Source: Diadema antillarum (taxonomy: Eukaryota). Taken from it: a DNA stretch of 64,000 nucleotides. Both the position numbers and the translations under genes were made by a program. The notes beneath the pieces are model-generated. The model was not told the origin of the DNA, did not search any database, and was given only the letters and a program-made list of their open reading frames with translations. Location of the stretch: assembly GCF_040938485.1 (NCBI RefSeq), contig NW_027272265.1, forward strand, positions 186,001-250,000, read 5' to 3'. This document shows positions 1 through 12,964 of the stretch, piece after piece (position 1 is the stretch's first letter; each line of letters begins with the position of its first letter).

Positions 1-14
1 TTTAAATCATACCA

Positions 15-40
15 ATGATGATGATGATAATAATAATAAC

Positions 41-90
<50 letters not shown>

Positions 91-105
91 TAATAACAAT
101 AACAA
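15..105. repeat. (AAT/GAT/AAC)n trinucleotide microsatellite
   Basis: Direct reading: long run of aat with gat/aac variants. Confidence 0.95.
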
Positions 106-111
106 CAGTAG

Positions 112-450
112 CTAGAAAAGCACTCGGAGAGTGCAGACCTCCACCAAATTCGCGAAAATTAAACCCTCGCGAATAAGCTTATGCAGTATACAAACTTCAA
201 ATACGCACTGCTGAAACTCTAAATTCATTGACCCCGTTTACAAAAAAGATTTTACCTTCAAAAATCTCCAGAAATTCCCATATCACCAGTCTACCACAAG
301 TTTATCATCTGTTTCTTGTGTCATTATCAACTTTTTCCTGCAAGTTCATTCAAATCTGATCACAGCTTCTTGAGTTATTTTGAAAACATCAGACAAGCAA
401 ACAAACCAACCAATGCCGATGAAAACATAACCGCCTTCCTTGGTGGAGGT
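112..450 (+). repeat. Interspersed repeat; another copy at ~31033-31480
   Basis: Both copies start ctagaaaagcactc...cagacctcc(a/g)ccaa and end aaaacataacc...ccttggtggaggta. Confidence 0.65.
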
Positions 451-774
451 AATAATAAAAATAACAATAATCATAATAACAACAACAGAACAGAGATCAA
501 CAAGAATAGCAACAATGAGCAATGCTATTTTTGACTAGTTCTTTTCAAGTTCTTGAATTTTTCAAGAGAATTCTCATGAAAACAGCAAGAACATGTGTGC
601 CGAAACGTCAGGAGTGGGTAGTGCCCTTGTAACAAATCAATAAGAGGGGTAGTGAGGTTGCAACATTGCTATACATAGTATAAGATTGAAGTTAGATGTT
701 AAATTCCTCTGATACTAACAATTGTATAGTAAGGTTAGATTTGCTTTCTGCTGACACTAGCAATGGTGTGGTAT

Positions 775-985
775 ACATACATGTACAAATAAGCTGTTAT
801 TTTCACGAATGAGGTCTAAGACATTTTTTGCGAGATGTTGTTTTTGCAAATTGACCAGGGGATATTGTAATTGCACTATTACCCCAGCACATTTGACATT
901 TTGATGTGTTGATAAATTTGCGGTCCAACAGTGATTCACGAAATTCACAAAAATGAAACCCTCAAGAAAATAACAGCTTATACAG
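775..985. mobile_element. MITE with terminal inverted repeats
   Basis: taagctgttattttc (~788) is the reverse complement of gaaaataacagctta (~966). Similar elements at ~27422-27645 and ~59385-59480. Confidence 0.6.
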
Positions 986-1075
986 TATAGGCCTGTCACC
1001 ATTTACAATACACAGCCAAATTCAAAAATGCTGAATCAGAGAGATGCACACGGCAAGTCTGTACAAAATACAAAC

Positions 1076-1247
1076 CTGAAGAATCAGGGACAGGCTCTGT
1101 TGGCGAGTGGTCAACTGGTTGTTGAAGCCATCAAAGTCACTGTCAACGCTTTTCCGAGTCCATAGTTTCTTGAAGTCTCTCATGCCACTGAGTTTATCCA
1201 GGAAAGCCTTGATCTGTTGAAAGCAATCTCTCAGATCCTTAAGTATC
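1076..1247 (-). CDS. MLKL-like: MLKL-like protein, coding exon 2 (second half of the four-helix bundle); gene continues beyond the window start
   Basis: Acceptor ttttgtttttttatcaag|G and donor CTTCAG|gtttgt; 172 nt; its phase matches the phase-2 end of exon 1. Translation (R)ILKDLRDCFQQIKAFLDKLSGMRDFKKLWTRKSVDSDFDGFNNQLTTRQQSLSLILQ aligns without gaps to remembered human MLKL (T)[57 protein letters not shown]. Not in the ORF track because it has no ATG. Confidence 0.85.
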
Positions 1248-3339
1248 CTTGATAAAAAAACAAAATGACAGTGTTTTTTGTTTAATCTTTTTTTTTTCAG
1301 AATGAGTCTTAACCCTCATGCACGGCTTCTGATCTGCTCTCTTATTAAGTGAACATTTGGATAATGGATATTTTCATGGTTTCCTTCGAAATCACATCAG
1401 GGATATACATACAATAACAAAATGATATGCTAGGCCCCAGAACTCAAATACCGGTTCATAGTTCTGCATGAGGGTTATGATCGCTATGATACGTGTACAT
1501 AAAACCCTAAACTTAGCCTGAATCTTATGGTGGGGTCTATCTATCATTATTTTGCCAGGTCAGAGAGTAGTAAATTGACTTTGCAAACAAGCCCTAAAAT
1601 GATGATAATTCATATTATGCCTTTTATAGAGCTCTTTGTGACAAAGGAAGAGATAGCATTATACAATGACTCAGATATTTCTAATAATGAGTATCGCTGT
1701 TTTGGTTACTTTTCGCTACTTCAGTGTGTTCTAATTTTCACTAATCATATATTCAAACCAAAGAAGTTTCAATCCTAGGCTACACGAGGCTTTAATCCAT
1801 CCCCCTGGTGTATCAATCATCAACAATGAGATTCTTCTCACTACCACTCGAGGGTGAACTGTACCATAACGTCTGTGATTTCATAGCACTGTACATGTTA
1901 CCCACTTTAATAGTAATAGCTGAATTTACACTCCAGTAAAACTTTTACAGTGCATATTTGAACATTTGAACATTTACATTACATACTCCTAGTCCTAGCT
2001 TTGGCTGCTCCTTGGTTGCACATACGCTAGCATGTTAGCATATAGATGAGGGGTTTTAACAGCGACCAGCCCAAACGCTATGGTATAACTGTGTAAAAGG
2101 AGTGCCCAGGGGTTAAATGAGGGGTGAACCTACTGCTTTGTGTCTCCTCGTGTGTCACAAAGCAATTTTACGGGGCATGTGAATAGTTAGCACTACTAGT
2201 AGGTGAGTAGATCGTATCACCGGATGCTTTTTTTTTTTGGTGGCTTTGAATCCCGTACTCAGAGGATGAAATTTCGGCTAAAAATAACACCACTTATTCT
2301 TGCACAGACTCCTGGAAATTACGAATTTAGCCAACTTATGTCAATTGTTCGCTCCAGTTTTTAGAAAATATGCTTCAAACATACCCCTCTAAAAAAAGTT
2401 GTCTTTTTGCGCGGTGCAAAATCGCGTAGTAATTCCGGACAAGATTTTCGCAATGAAATAATCGACGTCTTTCGCACCTAGTCCTTTCACCAGAATCACA
2501 TTCATCTAACAAATCACCGTACGTACACATTCTCACCGAGCGGATGACAAAGAAAAAAATCGGCAAATGAGGCTAAAATTTCGTATTTATACGGTAAAAT
2601 GTCTGTCTCGAACATTTCAAACAGTTCACGCAATAAAACCTTGTGAGAAATCAACAACTTCTATTTTACGTGCTTTGTCTATGGGAGCTGCATGCGCGGG
2701 TGACGAGTTGCGGGCCCCTTCCTTAGCGCACAACTATTCCGCATCGTTCGCGTTTGAGAATGATAGCTACAAATTTCCGATATCAATCAGTGAACTTTTG
2801 GTTCTATTCCAATCTTTAGCATTTTTCCTGTATGTGAGTGGGATTTCATAGAATTTCATCAGTCACGAAATGTGATTCAAACATGCATAAATATTAACTA
2901 TGATGAGGTGCGGGTCACTCAACTATAAATTTGAGGTAAAATGTGAATTTATTAGTGTTTTTACATTTTTATGTCGCGTTTTTTGCGATTTCGGTCCACA
3001 CAAAGTTCTGTGAGGTTAATCTATGAAGTCTCGCGCATACAGAATGTCATTAGTACGCAAAAATGTGAGTGTCGGTCCTGTAATACCATGGTGTCCGGCA
3101 ATACCATACCTGTATATACCTATGGCTACACATTACAAGCTCTTTGATCATTAATTTACCAAAAGTATTGTGCATAATGCTCATGGGAAACTAGCTACAT
3201 GTGTATTTAATTTGATGAGGCTGCCACTCCTCTGAGATTTTGTTACATTCCCACTGCAGACTCATCATTTGCAGATTGAAACAAATCTGAAAGTATTACA
3301 ACAGCCTAATCATGTCTATTTGATGTGCTCAAATTGCAC

Positions 3340-3770
3340 TGAATATGTGCTTTCGTAAACATCAAACCAGATATTTTCCTAGCACTGTACAAGGCTTTGG
3401 TTCAACCACATTTGCAATATTGCAGTGTTGCATGGAGACCGAGGTTTAATGACTGATGACAGTGAAGAACAACCAAACTGTTTCCTGGACTCAGCACCAT
3501 TTCTTACAGTGAGAGACTCATGAAGCTTAATCTTTATTCTTTGCATTACCGGAGGGAAAGAGGGGACATGATCCAGGTCTTCAAAATACTACATGGTATA
3601 GATAGAATCAACACACAGTCTTTCTTTGTAGGTGTACAATCAGCAGTATCATGGAACAAGAGGCCACCCCTTCAAATTATTTACCACCCATTGTTGATTG
3701 AACATCCGCAGCAACTTTTTTAGCAAAAGGGTCATCCAGTCATGGAACAGTTTGCTTTCATCACTCCTGA
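3340..3770 (+). mobile_element. CR1-clade LINE 3' fragment (degraded RT C-terminus) in the MLKL-like intron
   Basis: Reads ..LALYKALVQPHLQYCSVAWRP.. then ..SYSERLMKLNLYSLHYRRERGDMIQVFKILHGID.. with stops and frameshifts; typical CR1 ORF2 tail motifs. Confidence 0.85.
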
Positions 3771-4260
3771 CATCCACTATCACAATGTAGATCATTCTTT
3801 TAAACATGGTTTAAGATCTAGACACGTTCTGTCTGACATCAACGCTCACACTTGATATAGACTGTTACCTGTGCTACCAAGCGCTGACGACCGGTAGACC
3901 AACAGGACCTATACCTACACTCCCGTAGAGATGATGATGATGATAAGAATATGTTGTAACAGTTAGTGAAGAAAAAAAAAATGCAGAACATTGATCATGC
4001 AACAACGTAAATCTACACCGATAATCCCACACATGATCTGCTGGGCTAAACCCCCGAGATAAAGGAGCCACTTGCAGTGCTATCAACTTAGATGGAAAAG
4101 TCCGTCTGTCTGTCAGCAGGAGTTTTTTTAAAATCATTTTTTATCAAATTTACTTTTAACGTTTAGTTTTTCTGAGGGGATTCCGTGAAGCCACTCTAAT
4201 AGCCATACGTAAACCTCACTAGCGACCCCAACCCTTACCGAGCGCCCCGCGCCGGGGTTA

Positions 4261-4932
4261 AAGCCTGGTAACACAGCGCTTTACGGCTTAATCATGGCCA
4301 ATAAAAAACATATCAAAAAGTGGTCTCCCGTGAAGCAGACGATGTTGTTTGTGTTGATGTCGAGTTTAAGATGAGCTACTACGGTCGATTTGTAGATGTG
4401 GCGGGACACGGGGAAAAATCGGAACAGCGTCGGACGCGGTAAAAAGTTTTGAACTGTTCAAAATTTTATACCGCTGACAACTACGGGCGGCACACATGGT
4501 AAAGACGTTTGAACGCACGTGAAACACACGTGTTACTGATAATCCGTGTTCCGGTAGTGATTAAAACTTGGAGAGGCGGGTAAGACGCGAAAGTTTAGCG
4601 GTCTGTCATGGGCAGAGCATGGTCATTTGACGTACGTTACGTGTTGGTATCACGGGAAATGGTGTGTATTTTATAGCGGCTTATCACTGACAAATGGATT
4701 TTTCCGTGTACATACACGTGGCTGGACGTGGTTAGCCGTGCTTTGGCATAGGCAGTGCTTCAGCAGCTGGAACAGCCGCCAACGGCAATACCCCGCACAA
4801 AGCACGGCCAAACCAAAATTGACCAAAAAATTACCTCTTACGACCACGACGTCCATGTCCACGTCCACGTACTAGATTTTCATAACTTTTTGTAAGTGAT
4901 TTAGACGTGTAGTGCTGTGTGACCGGGGCTAA
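4261..4932. mobile_element. Non-autonomous DNA element (PIF/Harbinger-like ends)
   Basis: Imperfect TIRs agcctggtaacacagc / gctgtgtgaccggggct. Superfamily is an inference. Confidence 0.55.
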
Positions 4933-5289
4933 ATTAAGCCAGACGTAGTCTCCGCTGAACAGATGACTACGCCTATCCCCAGCCATATGACAATTAAGAT
5001 ACAGACTGATCTTTCGCTCAAGTGCCAACTTTTCATACCGGTACCTCGTCAGCTCAGCCTCCCTGCCCTGGTACTACTGAAATGCCAATGGTAGATGCAT
5101 GATATACACGAGTACTTGAAGAACGTAAAGTTTTATACCTTGACAGTTATATTTAAGCAATCATTATTTGGTTGAACGTCCTTGCTCAGTACACATGTCC
5201 AGATTATTTTCATGTTCGCATTTAGTACAGCTTAAAAGATTAGTATTATTTGTGAGGCTGATCATGTCATATTTTGCAAATTTGCAGAA

Positions 5290-5383
5290 GCCTGAACAAG
5301 TTGAGTGTACTTTAGTCAAGAAAGAAAATATTGTAACGCGTAGTGGTAGAAAAATTAAGCATCCAGTGATACTCGATCTATAG
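5290..5383 (+). mobile_element. Possible remnant of a Ty3/Gypsy pol C-terminus
   Basis: ORF 5168..5383 ends TRSGRKIKHPVILDL*, resembling the TRSGRxxKxPxxLDL tail of Gypsy integrases; nothing else of the element is recognisable. Confidence 0.35.
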
Positions 5384-5434
5384 TAGTTGTATGTTACGAT
5401 TGTTTGGTCGTATGGTTCATACGATTAGTTAACC

Positions 5435-5900
5435 TAGCTTGCCAGATGGTGATTTCGGGAACCAAAAATGGTAAAATTTGGTGAGTTTTGAAGTTGTTTG
5501 GTGACAAATTTTAGTCTGGTAACCAAATCAAAATTTGGTGATTTTGGGTAAGTTTTTGGTGATTTTGAGACCAGATGAAAAATAATCACACTAAGTGAAA
5601 GAGAAAATGCATTTTTGCCCAAAGTTTCCCCTTGTTCCCTGCAGAAACATTACATGTGCCCCTTTTTGGTCACTCAACACACAAACACAAAAATCCATAC
5701 ACATTTTGCATTGTGTATGTGACTACGGCGCGCCGTGGTATTGCACCGAAACTTGCGCAGTGTTTGATGAAGGTTTATTGACATCATTTTGCCCTGAAAT
5801 TGAAGCCTTACCTACGCTTTTTCTAAATTTGGTGATTCTTTATGGCTTTTGGTGATTTTTCACATACCTTTTGGTGATTTTGCTCTGTTGGGACCTGGCA
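5435..5900. mobile_element. MITE (hAT-like ends) with internal ttttggtgatttt repeats
   Basis: ttgccag at ~5439 and ctggcaa at ~5896 are inverted; multiple tggtgatttt units inside. Confidence 0.5.
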
Positions 5901-6109
5901 ACATATCACTGTGTATATATGTTTAGTAGGTATACCAAGACTATTTTATATGGGCCATTTTGGTGTTTATATAGGCCTACAAATCATTGACATTGTATAT
6001 CACAAACATGTATTCTTTGTTATTGTAATGACCATGTCTTGTATTTATGTGTTGTACTCGGAATGGGGTCGGAAGAGTCAATAAAATCTATCTAAATTTA
6101 TCTATCTAC

Positions 6110-6306
6110 CTGTGTAGGTCGGGATCGGGCTCTGCCTCCAAGTCCTTCTGTAATTCTTTGATGGGGCGGTAGATGACTTCGACGCGCTTGGCCAGAGTTT
6201 TCGAGCGGTTCTTGAATGTTTTGACCATCTGAACAGCTTCGTATATGTACTTTCCTACAGAAATGATATCTTTAATGACATCAATGGCTGGTAAAACAGC
6301 AGCCAT
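6110..6306 (-). CDS. MLKL-like: MLKL-like protein, coding exon 1 (N-terminal half of the four-helix bundle)
   Basis: ATG at 6306 in aaaATGG context; donor CACAG|gtagat at 6110/6109 (phase 2). MAAVLPAIDVIKDIISVGKYIYEAVQMVKTFKNRSKTLAKRVEVIYRPIKELQ aligns gaplessly from I8 to remembered human MLKL [46 protein letters not shown]. Joined CDS complement(join(1076..1247,6110..6306)) is 123 codons. Confidence 0.85.
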
Positions 6307-6808
6307 TTTCACACGATATTCACACAATCGAATTTTCTATTAAAATTAGGTGGTTGTGGATCCGGTGGTATGCAGCAGCACAGATGCTACCATCCGCAGT
6401 GTGTGAGTCGAGCCGGAATGTGTTCCACCGCCAGCTGTGGCTGTACTGTATGTAGTATTCTATCGTTGTAGTGTACGATCTCTGTGCACGCGCACGTGGT
6501 GGGATTTACTGTACTGTAGTACGTAGTGTAGATTCATGAGATATTGACCTCCACTTCCGCATTTTGTTTAGTACCATTCGAGGATCCAGTTAGCCAGCTA
6601 CTAGTATTACAGTTAGGGGGGATACAATGTATGCCCGTGTAGTGTAGGATTTGATATGATTATATCACCGAAAAATAAATTATTGTAATATCATCATTGC
6701 TACGTGGTAAAACGATCATAATGCAATGCTGACAATAATAATGGTAAATAATCGTTAAACCAAGATGTCGCATAACCCCCCCCCCCCCATTCGTCTCGTC
6801 TGGCTTCA

Positions 6809-6819
6809 GGGGAATCCCC
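6809..6819 (-). promoter_or_regulatory. Candidate NF-kB site GGGGATTCCCC ~500 bp upstream of the MLKL-like ATG
   Basis: Plus strand ggggaatcccc; ETS-like acttccg at 6553-6559 lies between it and the ATG. Function inferred from motif only. Confidence 0.5.
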
Positions 6820-7449
6820 CTCCGTAAAAGTAGAGAGTCGGAGGGATCGGGCCGCATGCAATGCGTGCTCTCGTTTCCGGCTCGCTTTAATCTATAGTGT
6901 AAAAAAAAAAAAAAAAAAAAAAAGGAGAAGAAGAAGAAGAAAAAAAAGAAGGGGTGTATTTGATTTGATTTTTTCCCACGGAAATTTTATTTTTAAAGGG
7001 GTGTGCACCCAGAAATTTTAATTAACAAACATTATGTCATGTTATTATCAATTTTCATTTTCTTTGTTTTTATATATATTTCTTATGAATTATGCGATCC
7101 TAATTGAACACACACACACACACACATACTAAATCTCTCCAAATATGGTACCACAGAACTCTTACACAGAGTGTAGAGTTCTGTGGCGGTACTGGTAAGG
7201 GGGGGGGGGGGGCATGGAAAGTGCACTCAGGGAAGGTGGCGGTGGGGAGTAGTGGGACAAAAATGTGATTTGATGATTTTTCTTGTATACTTTTATTTTT
7301 TCTGATATTTAGCACTCATGTCTCGGACTCAAAGACTATTGATGCTAGGCCACATATGATGGGTTGTTACTAATTCTTCCTCAATTAAGACTCATATAAT
7401 GTGTTCAAGAACACATTATGAGTCTTAATTACTGATTTAAAAGAGCGTC

Positions 7450-8128
7450 TGAACGGGGTGAACTGGGTCATCCCCTGTGAGAAGTGGGACATCGATTGGG
7501 GTAAAGTGGGATAAACAGTAACTATTGGCTATACACTTTTACAAGCATATCATAAAATAATGTATGCCTGTATGTGTGTGTGTGTGTGTGTGTGTGTGAG
7601 TGTGTGAATATTTACACATGAAAGAGTTTCATCGCAAAATGTGATATATCCATTATGGTTCATCATATTGGAAAGTTGCATTTAAAGTACCTGTAATTTA
7701 AAGAAAATAAGAATGTAAAACAAAAATATTTTTATCATATAACTTTGAACGAAGTAGAAGTGGGACAGTAATGATGTCCCACTTTACCCCGGCACCCACA
7801 AAATAAAAAATGGCGGCTAACATCACAATTGCTGAGCTAATTTTTTTCAAAATCTTTTAATGCAAATTATTGGAACTTACAAGGTCTACATATATAATGC
7901 TATAAGTACCTGCTAAAGCTATATGATCAATTCAAAAAGAACTTCACACTGAATGCAAACAACTACAAAAAGTGTCCAAAAAAAATAATAATTCAAAATT
8001 AAACTTTGCAGCAGAGTTGCCAATTATTGCCTAACAGGCAATAAGACTTGAAAGCTGATTAGTTCAAAACTTTTTGAGATATGAGAGGTGTCCCACTTCT
8101 CCCGGGTCCCAGTTCACCCCACTCTCCC
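7450..8128. mobile_element. MITE-like DNA element
   Basis: ggggtgaactggg (~7459) inverted to cccagttcacccc (~8108); internal gagaagtgggaca / tgtcccacttctc. Confidence 0.55.
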
Positions 8129-9267
8129 TATTATATCTGCCTTGAGATATTGATTTGGAATGAGAGCTCACTGAGATAGGGAGTGCGTGAAGTGGTAGTG
8201 TTGCATGAAGATGAAGGGTGATATACAAGCACCAAGGTAGGAGTCTGCGAAAATATTGGTAGGGGGCCTATTGAGGGCTCATACCCGTAAATAAAATGGA
8301 ATGTCCCAGACCCCTTCACAAATTTGCACCAAAGATACCAAACTAAATGAAGAAAAAAATTGATTTGATAAATATCAATGATGTAGTTTGGCAAAAAACT
8401 GAATAGCTGTAGATACTGAGTATGAATTCCTCTACAAACTGCATTTGGGTTGGAAGATGAAAGCTATTCTGATGGAATTTGAGTGGACTATATTTCATTG
8501 GGTATGTGTACGGAAAATAGGTGATTTCTTGAGTGACTAGAACTCGTAGTCTGGCTTTGCGGACCCTTGGACAGAATTTGAGCTGAAGAACCCACCCTGG
8601 AAATTTGATGGATGAAGGGGTATATGTCACTTATCCAGGTTAGTGAAACTGAAACACCTCATTTCTCCCAGCTATTTTACAGAATTTTTTGAAATTTGAA
8701 TTTTAACACACATCTCTATGGGGAATTATTTACGCGTGTGAGCCCTATAGACCTACGTCAGACAAGCAGAAATTATTTATAATCAGAAATGATCCGCTGG
8801 AACTTGCTCGTAATATTCTTAGGTGAAAAGAAATGACCGCTGCCAGACTTTACAAGTGGTGCATGGGGCGTGGAATGAACGTGATTGAAAATACACCTTA
8901 TTTCATATGTTGTTGTTTCTTTGAATTATTTGACAATTAAAGCAAGGATGATTAAACCTGGGATATTTACCTCCACCCCCCCCCCCCTCCTTGATCAGAC
9001 CATCAGAGGAATGGCATGTTTCTGGTTATTTCGATTGGTTTAGGGGCCGGTGCTTTTAATGCCTATATCGATAAACATCGCGTCACAGTCAGTCGCAATT
9101 ATGGTTACCCCGACCTTTTTATTGCCTATATTTGCAAAGGAATTGCTGTATGGTACTTGCTTTTTACAATTAATAATAGTAACGTTTTTCATTGAAAACG
9201 CCAGGCTAAGTCCGCAATAATAGAGGCATCAGGAAAAGTGATAGCCTGATACAGTGCGTCGGTTTAA

Positions 9268-10256
9268 ACCCCTTTTCCACTTTCACGGATCGCATCACGG
9301 ATCATCACGGATCGTCGTTCTGGGATCATCTGAGCTGTTTCCGGTGTGAGTCGACTCCGTGAAGTCATTTGATGTGATCCTTGGCCTTCCGGCATGTCCG
9401 TGGGGAAAAAACAAACAAACAAACGAACAAACAACAACAACAACAACAACAACAAAAGCTTGCTTAATAGTTCATCCCGGAGATCAAGGATGAAAATCAG
9501 TCCGTACTCTTCCTTGTATTAGGCACCGTGCGTCTACTCCATGTTGCCTCCGTGAAGACATCGGGACGTCCGTGTATTTCCATTGGCTCCATCCGGGACT
9601 GAAATTCCGTGTATTGTTCCAAAACGAACTTATTAAGTTCTTGAAATTTGCTCACCTTTTTTCCCATCAGTTACAACTTGTCATATGACATCCTACTAAA
9701 GTGATAATCAGCTGAGAAGCCACGCTTTTGACATAAACACTCCATCTTCTCGCTGCCTAGTTTTTGGTGTGTGTGTGTTTTTTTTTCTTTATGTCATGAA
9801 TGTTGCTGCAAAATGAGTTTCTGCAACAAAGAGTTTTGTTATGGTGTCCGGAAGAATCATATGTGATGTACATTTTCTATGCGCTTGTCATAGTTAGCTA
9901 TGGAGGCATGAGAAGGATGAACTATCAAATGAGTGCCTGCAAGCTAGCACAAGTCATCTGTCAACATTGCGGAGACATCCAGGCAGGGCCACTGGGAAGG
10001 GACCCGCTTATCTTCGTGCTCTCTCTTTATGTTAGTGTTATCCGTTTCCCACGTGGTCCGTATTGCTATCTATCAGTATTGACACCATACTCCGTGTGAA
10101 CTCCATACTTGTCAGTGTAGACAACAAATATATTGGGATCGTAATATCCACACCGGCATTGAAAGAGAAATCGTAATGTAACGTTGCACGCCGGAACACA
10201 ACGGATTACGATTCCTGATGATCCGTGAAGCGATCCGTTGAAGTGTAAAAGGGGCT
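9268..10256. mobile_element. Non-autonomous DNA element with ~40-bp imperfect TIRs
   Basis: accccttttccactttcacggatcgcatcacggatcatca versus tgatgatccgtgaagcgatccgttgaagtgtaaaaggggct. Confidence 0.65.
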
Positions 10257-10761
10257 GTAGCAAATGTAATAGGCCTATTGCCACAACACACAAGTGAAGT
10301 TTAGGAAAATCGAATAATCAGTTCCAAAGTCGTGAGGAGTTTTGTTTGTTTGTTTGTTTGCTTGTTTTGGTTGAGTGTGTTTTGTTTTGTTTTGTTTGTT
10401 TTTTAGTTGATGCGGTTACTGGGTGCTAAATAGACCTGTAGACAACGATTCTTGATTCATATCCCATAGGCCTATTATTAGGGCTCGACACTAGCACTTT
10501 TCTCTGGTACGCCCCCTCAGGCCACTAAAGTCTTTGTATGCGGTATACGAAATTTTGCTTCCTGAAAAAGAAAATAAAACAAAACAAAAAGGAAACATAA
10601 AATTTCACTTTGAATTTCTAGCTCGATCGGACCACCACAAGATAACCTTCTGGGAAATTTTGTGGACTGACATCAATTTTTAGTGGCGCCGGATAACCAA
10701 GCCAGTGCAGATGTCTATCCCTTTTATACACGATAGACACTTGGGGAAAAAGATACTCCCG

Positions 10762-11395
10762 TAAAGGGGAAATCCAGTCCAAATTATATAAGTTAGTCTG
10801 ATAAGAAAGAGTAAAATATTACGAGTTCAGCGGTATAAATTAGATCGAAAACGGATGAAAAATAAGAAAGTCATGACATTCGAAGTTTCACTATTTTGGG
10901 AGGAAACAGTTCTTGAACAGTCAATATGATAGGATACAAATTGCAAAGTGAGCATGTCATTCCCTCACAACTCCCCATATAGTTTGTACATAAAATTTTG
11001 AAATTTCCGGTTTTTCATTCAAACGCAATTATGCCTGAGGCTCAAATCCTCATATTATTATCTAAGTGATCACTATTCTGAAGTTATTCAACCAAGTATT
11101 ATGTCATATGTTTCAGACTTCAATGGCAGAAACATCAAATTTTCGTCTTTTAATGTTTTTCGATACACGATCAATGAAAAATCGTGAGGGTATGACATGG
11201 TTAGCTCACTCATTTGCATATACACGTGTATTCATACCCACTGTACAAGAACTGTTTTGAAGAAAGTATTGAAACTTCAAAATTTCATAACTTCCTTATT
11301 TTTTATCCAATTTCAGTCAAATTTTTACTGTTGCACTCGTAAAATTTTACTTTTTTATCAGACAAACTTATATTTGGACTGGATTTCCCCTTTAA
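10762..11395. mobile_element. Kolobok-like MITE (TTAA-type flanks, AGG ends)
   Basis: TIR aaaggggaaatccagtccaaat / atttggactggatttccccttt followed by aa. Confidence 0.7.
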
Positions 11396-12828
11396 CTGGT
11401 AGGAATCGATCTGTTTATAGAGCAGATTTACTGAATAGGGCCTAGTCTTCTCATTTTTTTTTTTTGCCCCTCATTCTGTTGTAATTGCGTAATCACATTC
11501 CAACCTATATATACTCATCTAGCACTGTTACAACCCCAGATTATGACAAAGCAGAAGTAAAAATTATGGAAATTGTATTCGTTATTCTGCAGGTTTGTTA
11601 ATCCGAAACAGACAAGTGCCCCATACCTAAAGAGGTTCGTTTAATCGTAAATAAAAGGATTCATTAATCCGAATATTTCATTGTGGTGTTGGTAAGTTCA
11701 TTATTCCAAGGTTAGCGATCTGCAATCCTGAAAGATAAAATTATAATAAGATTCGCTGTTCCAAAAGTTTTTTAATCCAAAAACGAAAGAAGGTCAGATG
11801 GTTTATTGATCTGAAATAGAAATATGGTTCGTTAATCCGAAAATGGAATAAGGTTCATAATTCGAAAATTGAATAATCTGAGGCATAGATGGGGGGGGGG
11901 GGGGGGGGGACATGACCAGGGACATAGGTTGGATTCTTTCAAAGTGGTGATCTGTACAAGAAAGAGTGATGTTTGTTTGTTGTTTTTTTTTGCATTTGAG
12001 TGCCTCCTTGTAAATTTTAAGTTCTGTATAAAGTCGTTATAAGTCATGCATGGTTCATCAAAAAAAAAAAAAAAAAGGTCCAAGACTTCCTTGGATTTTG
12101 AAATCCCTATTTGGTCCAATTCGGAGAAAAAAAAATATTGTATTACAAATATAAGCTTGAATGTAGTGACCAATCCAAACATACTTATAAACAAACAAAC
12201 AAACAAACAAACAAACAAACACCTTAATAGTAATCATATATCACAAAATACTAATCACCTCTCAATTACTCCGTTACATATGCTTTATTTCTCCCTGATT
12301 TTACCCTGTACTTACATTTACAGCTTGTTGGCTCGGAGCAATACTCATCAAATATCATTAGACAGATTGCTCTCTCTGAGAAAAAAACAACCAAACATTT
12401 GAAATGCATTAAGTAACAATATCAAAAAGTCCTGTCATTATCTGTATTCAAAAGAAAATTGAAATAGATATTTGCAATCATGTAAATCAAACATGTGTGA
12501 GCAATAAACTTATGGATAAGTATAGTCAGAATTTGTTCAATGTTCTTACCATTTATCCATTGCCTAATCCATGCATTTCAATGAATCTACCATCTTCTCT
12601 TCCTCTCTCCCATTCTTATTCCTTTTCTCTTTTCTAAACATCCATCCCAATTTTTGTAGTATTGTTGCGCATGCAGCTTTCTTGTTTGTACTTTGGTGTG
12701 TCTCAGCTTGTGTATTAACCCGTCTTGTATCTTGTTTGTTAGTCTCATCTCTGCTGAATTTATACACTTTTAGTTTTATCAACCCCCGGAACAATATGTA
12801 TTCATGAATGTATTGTGTTTCATCTGGT

Positions 12829-12964
12829 GGGCATTTCATGAAGCAGTTTGGTCGGATATTTTTCTGACAACGACTGTTTTAAGCTACTGAAATCCTTGCA
12901 TCTGATTGGCTGAGAGCAAATTTGTGCGACAACTTTGTTGGATAAAATGCTTCATGAAATGCCC
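12829..12964. mobile_element. Short MITE
   Basis: Perfect 17-bp TIR gggcatttcatgaagca / tgcttcatgaaatgccc. Confidence 0.75.

Noticed and set aside
590-615. ccgaaacgtcagg resembling Penelope-like element termini
   Set aside because: Single short motif with no ORF support.
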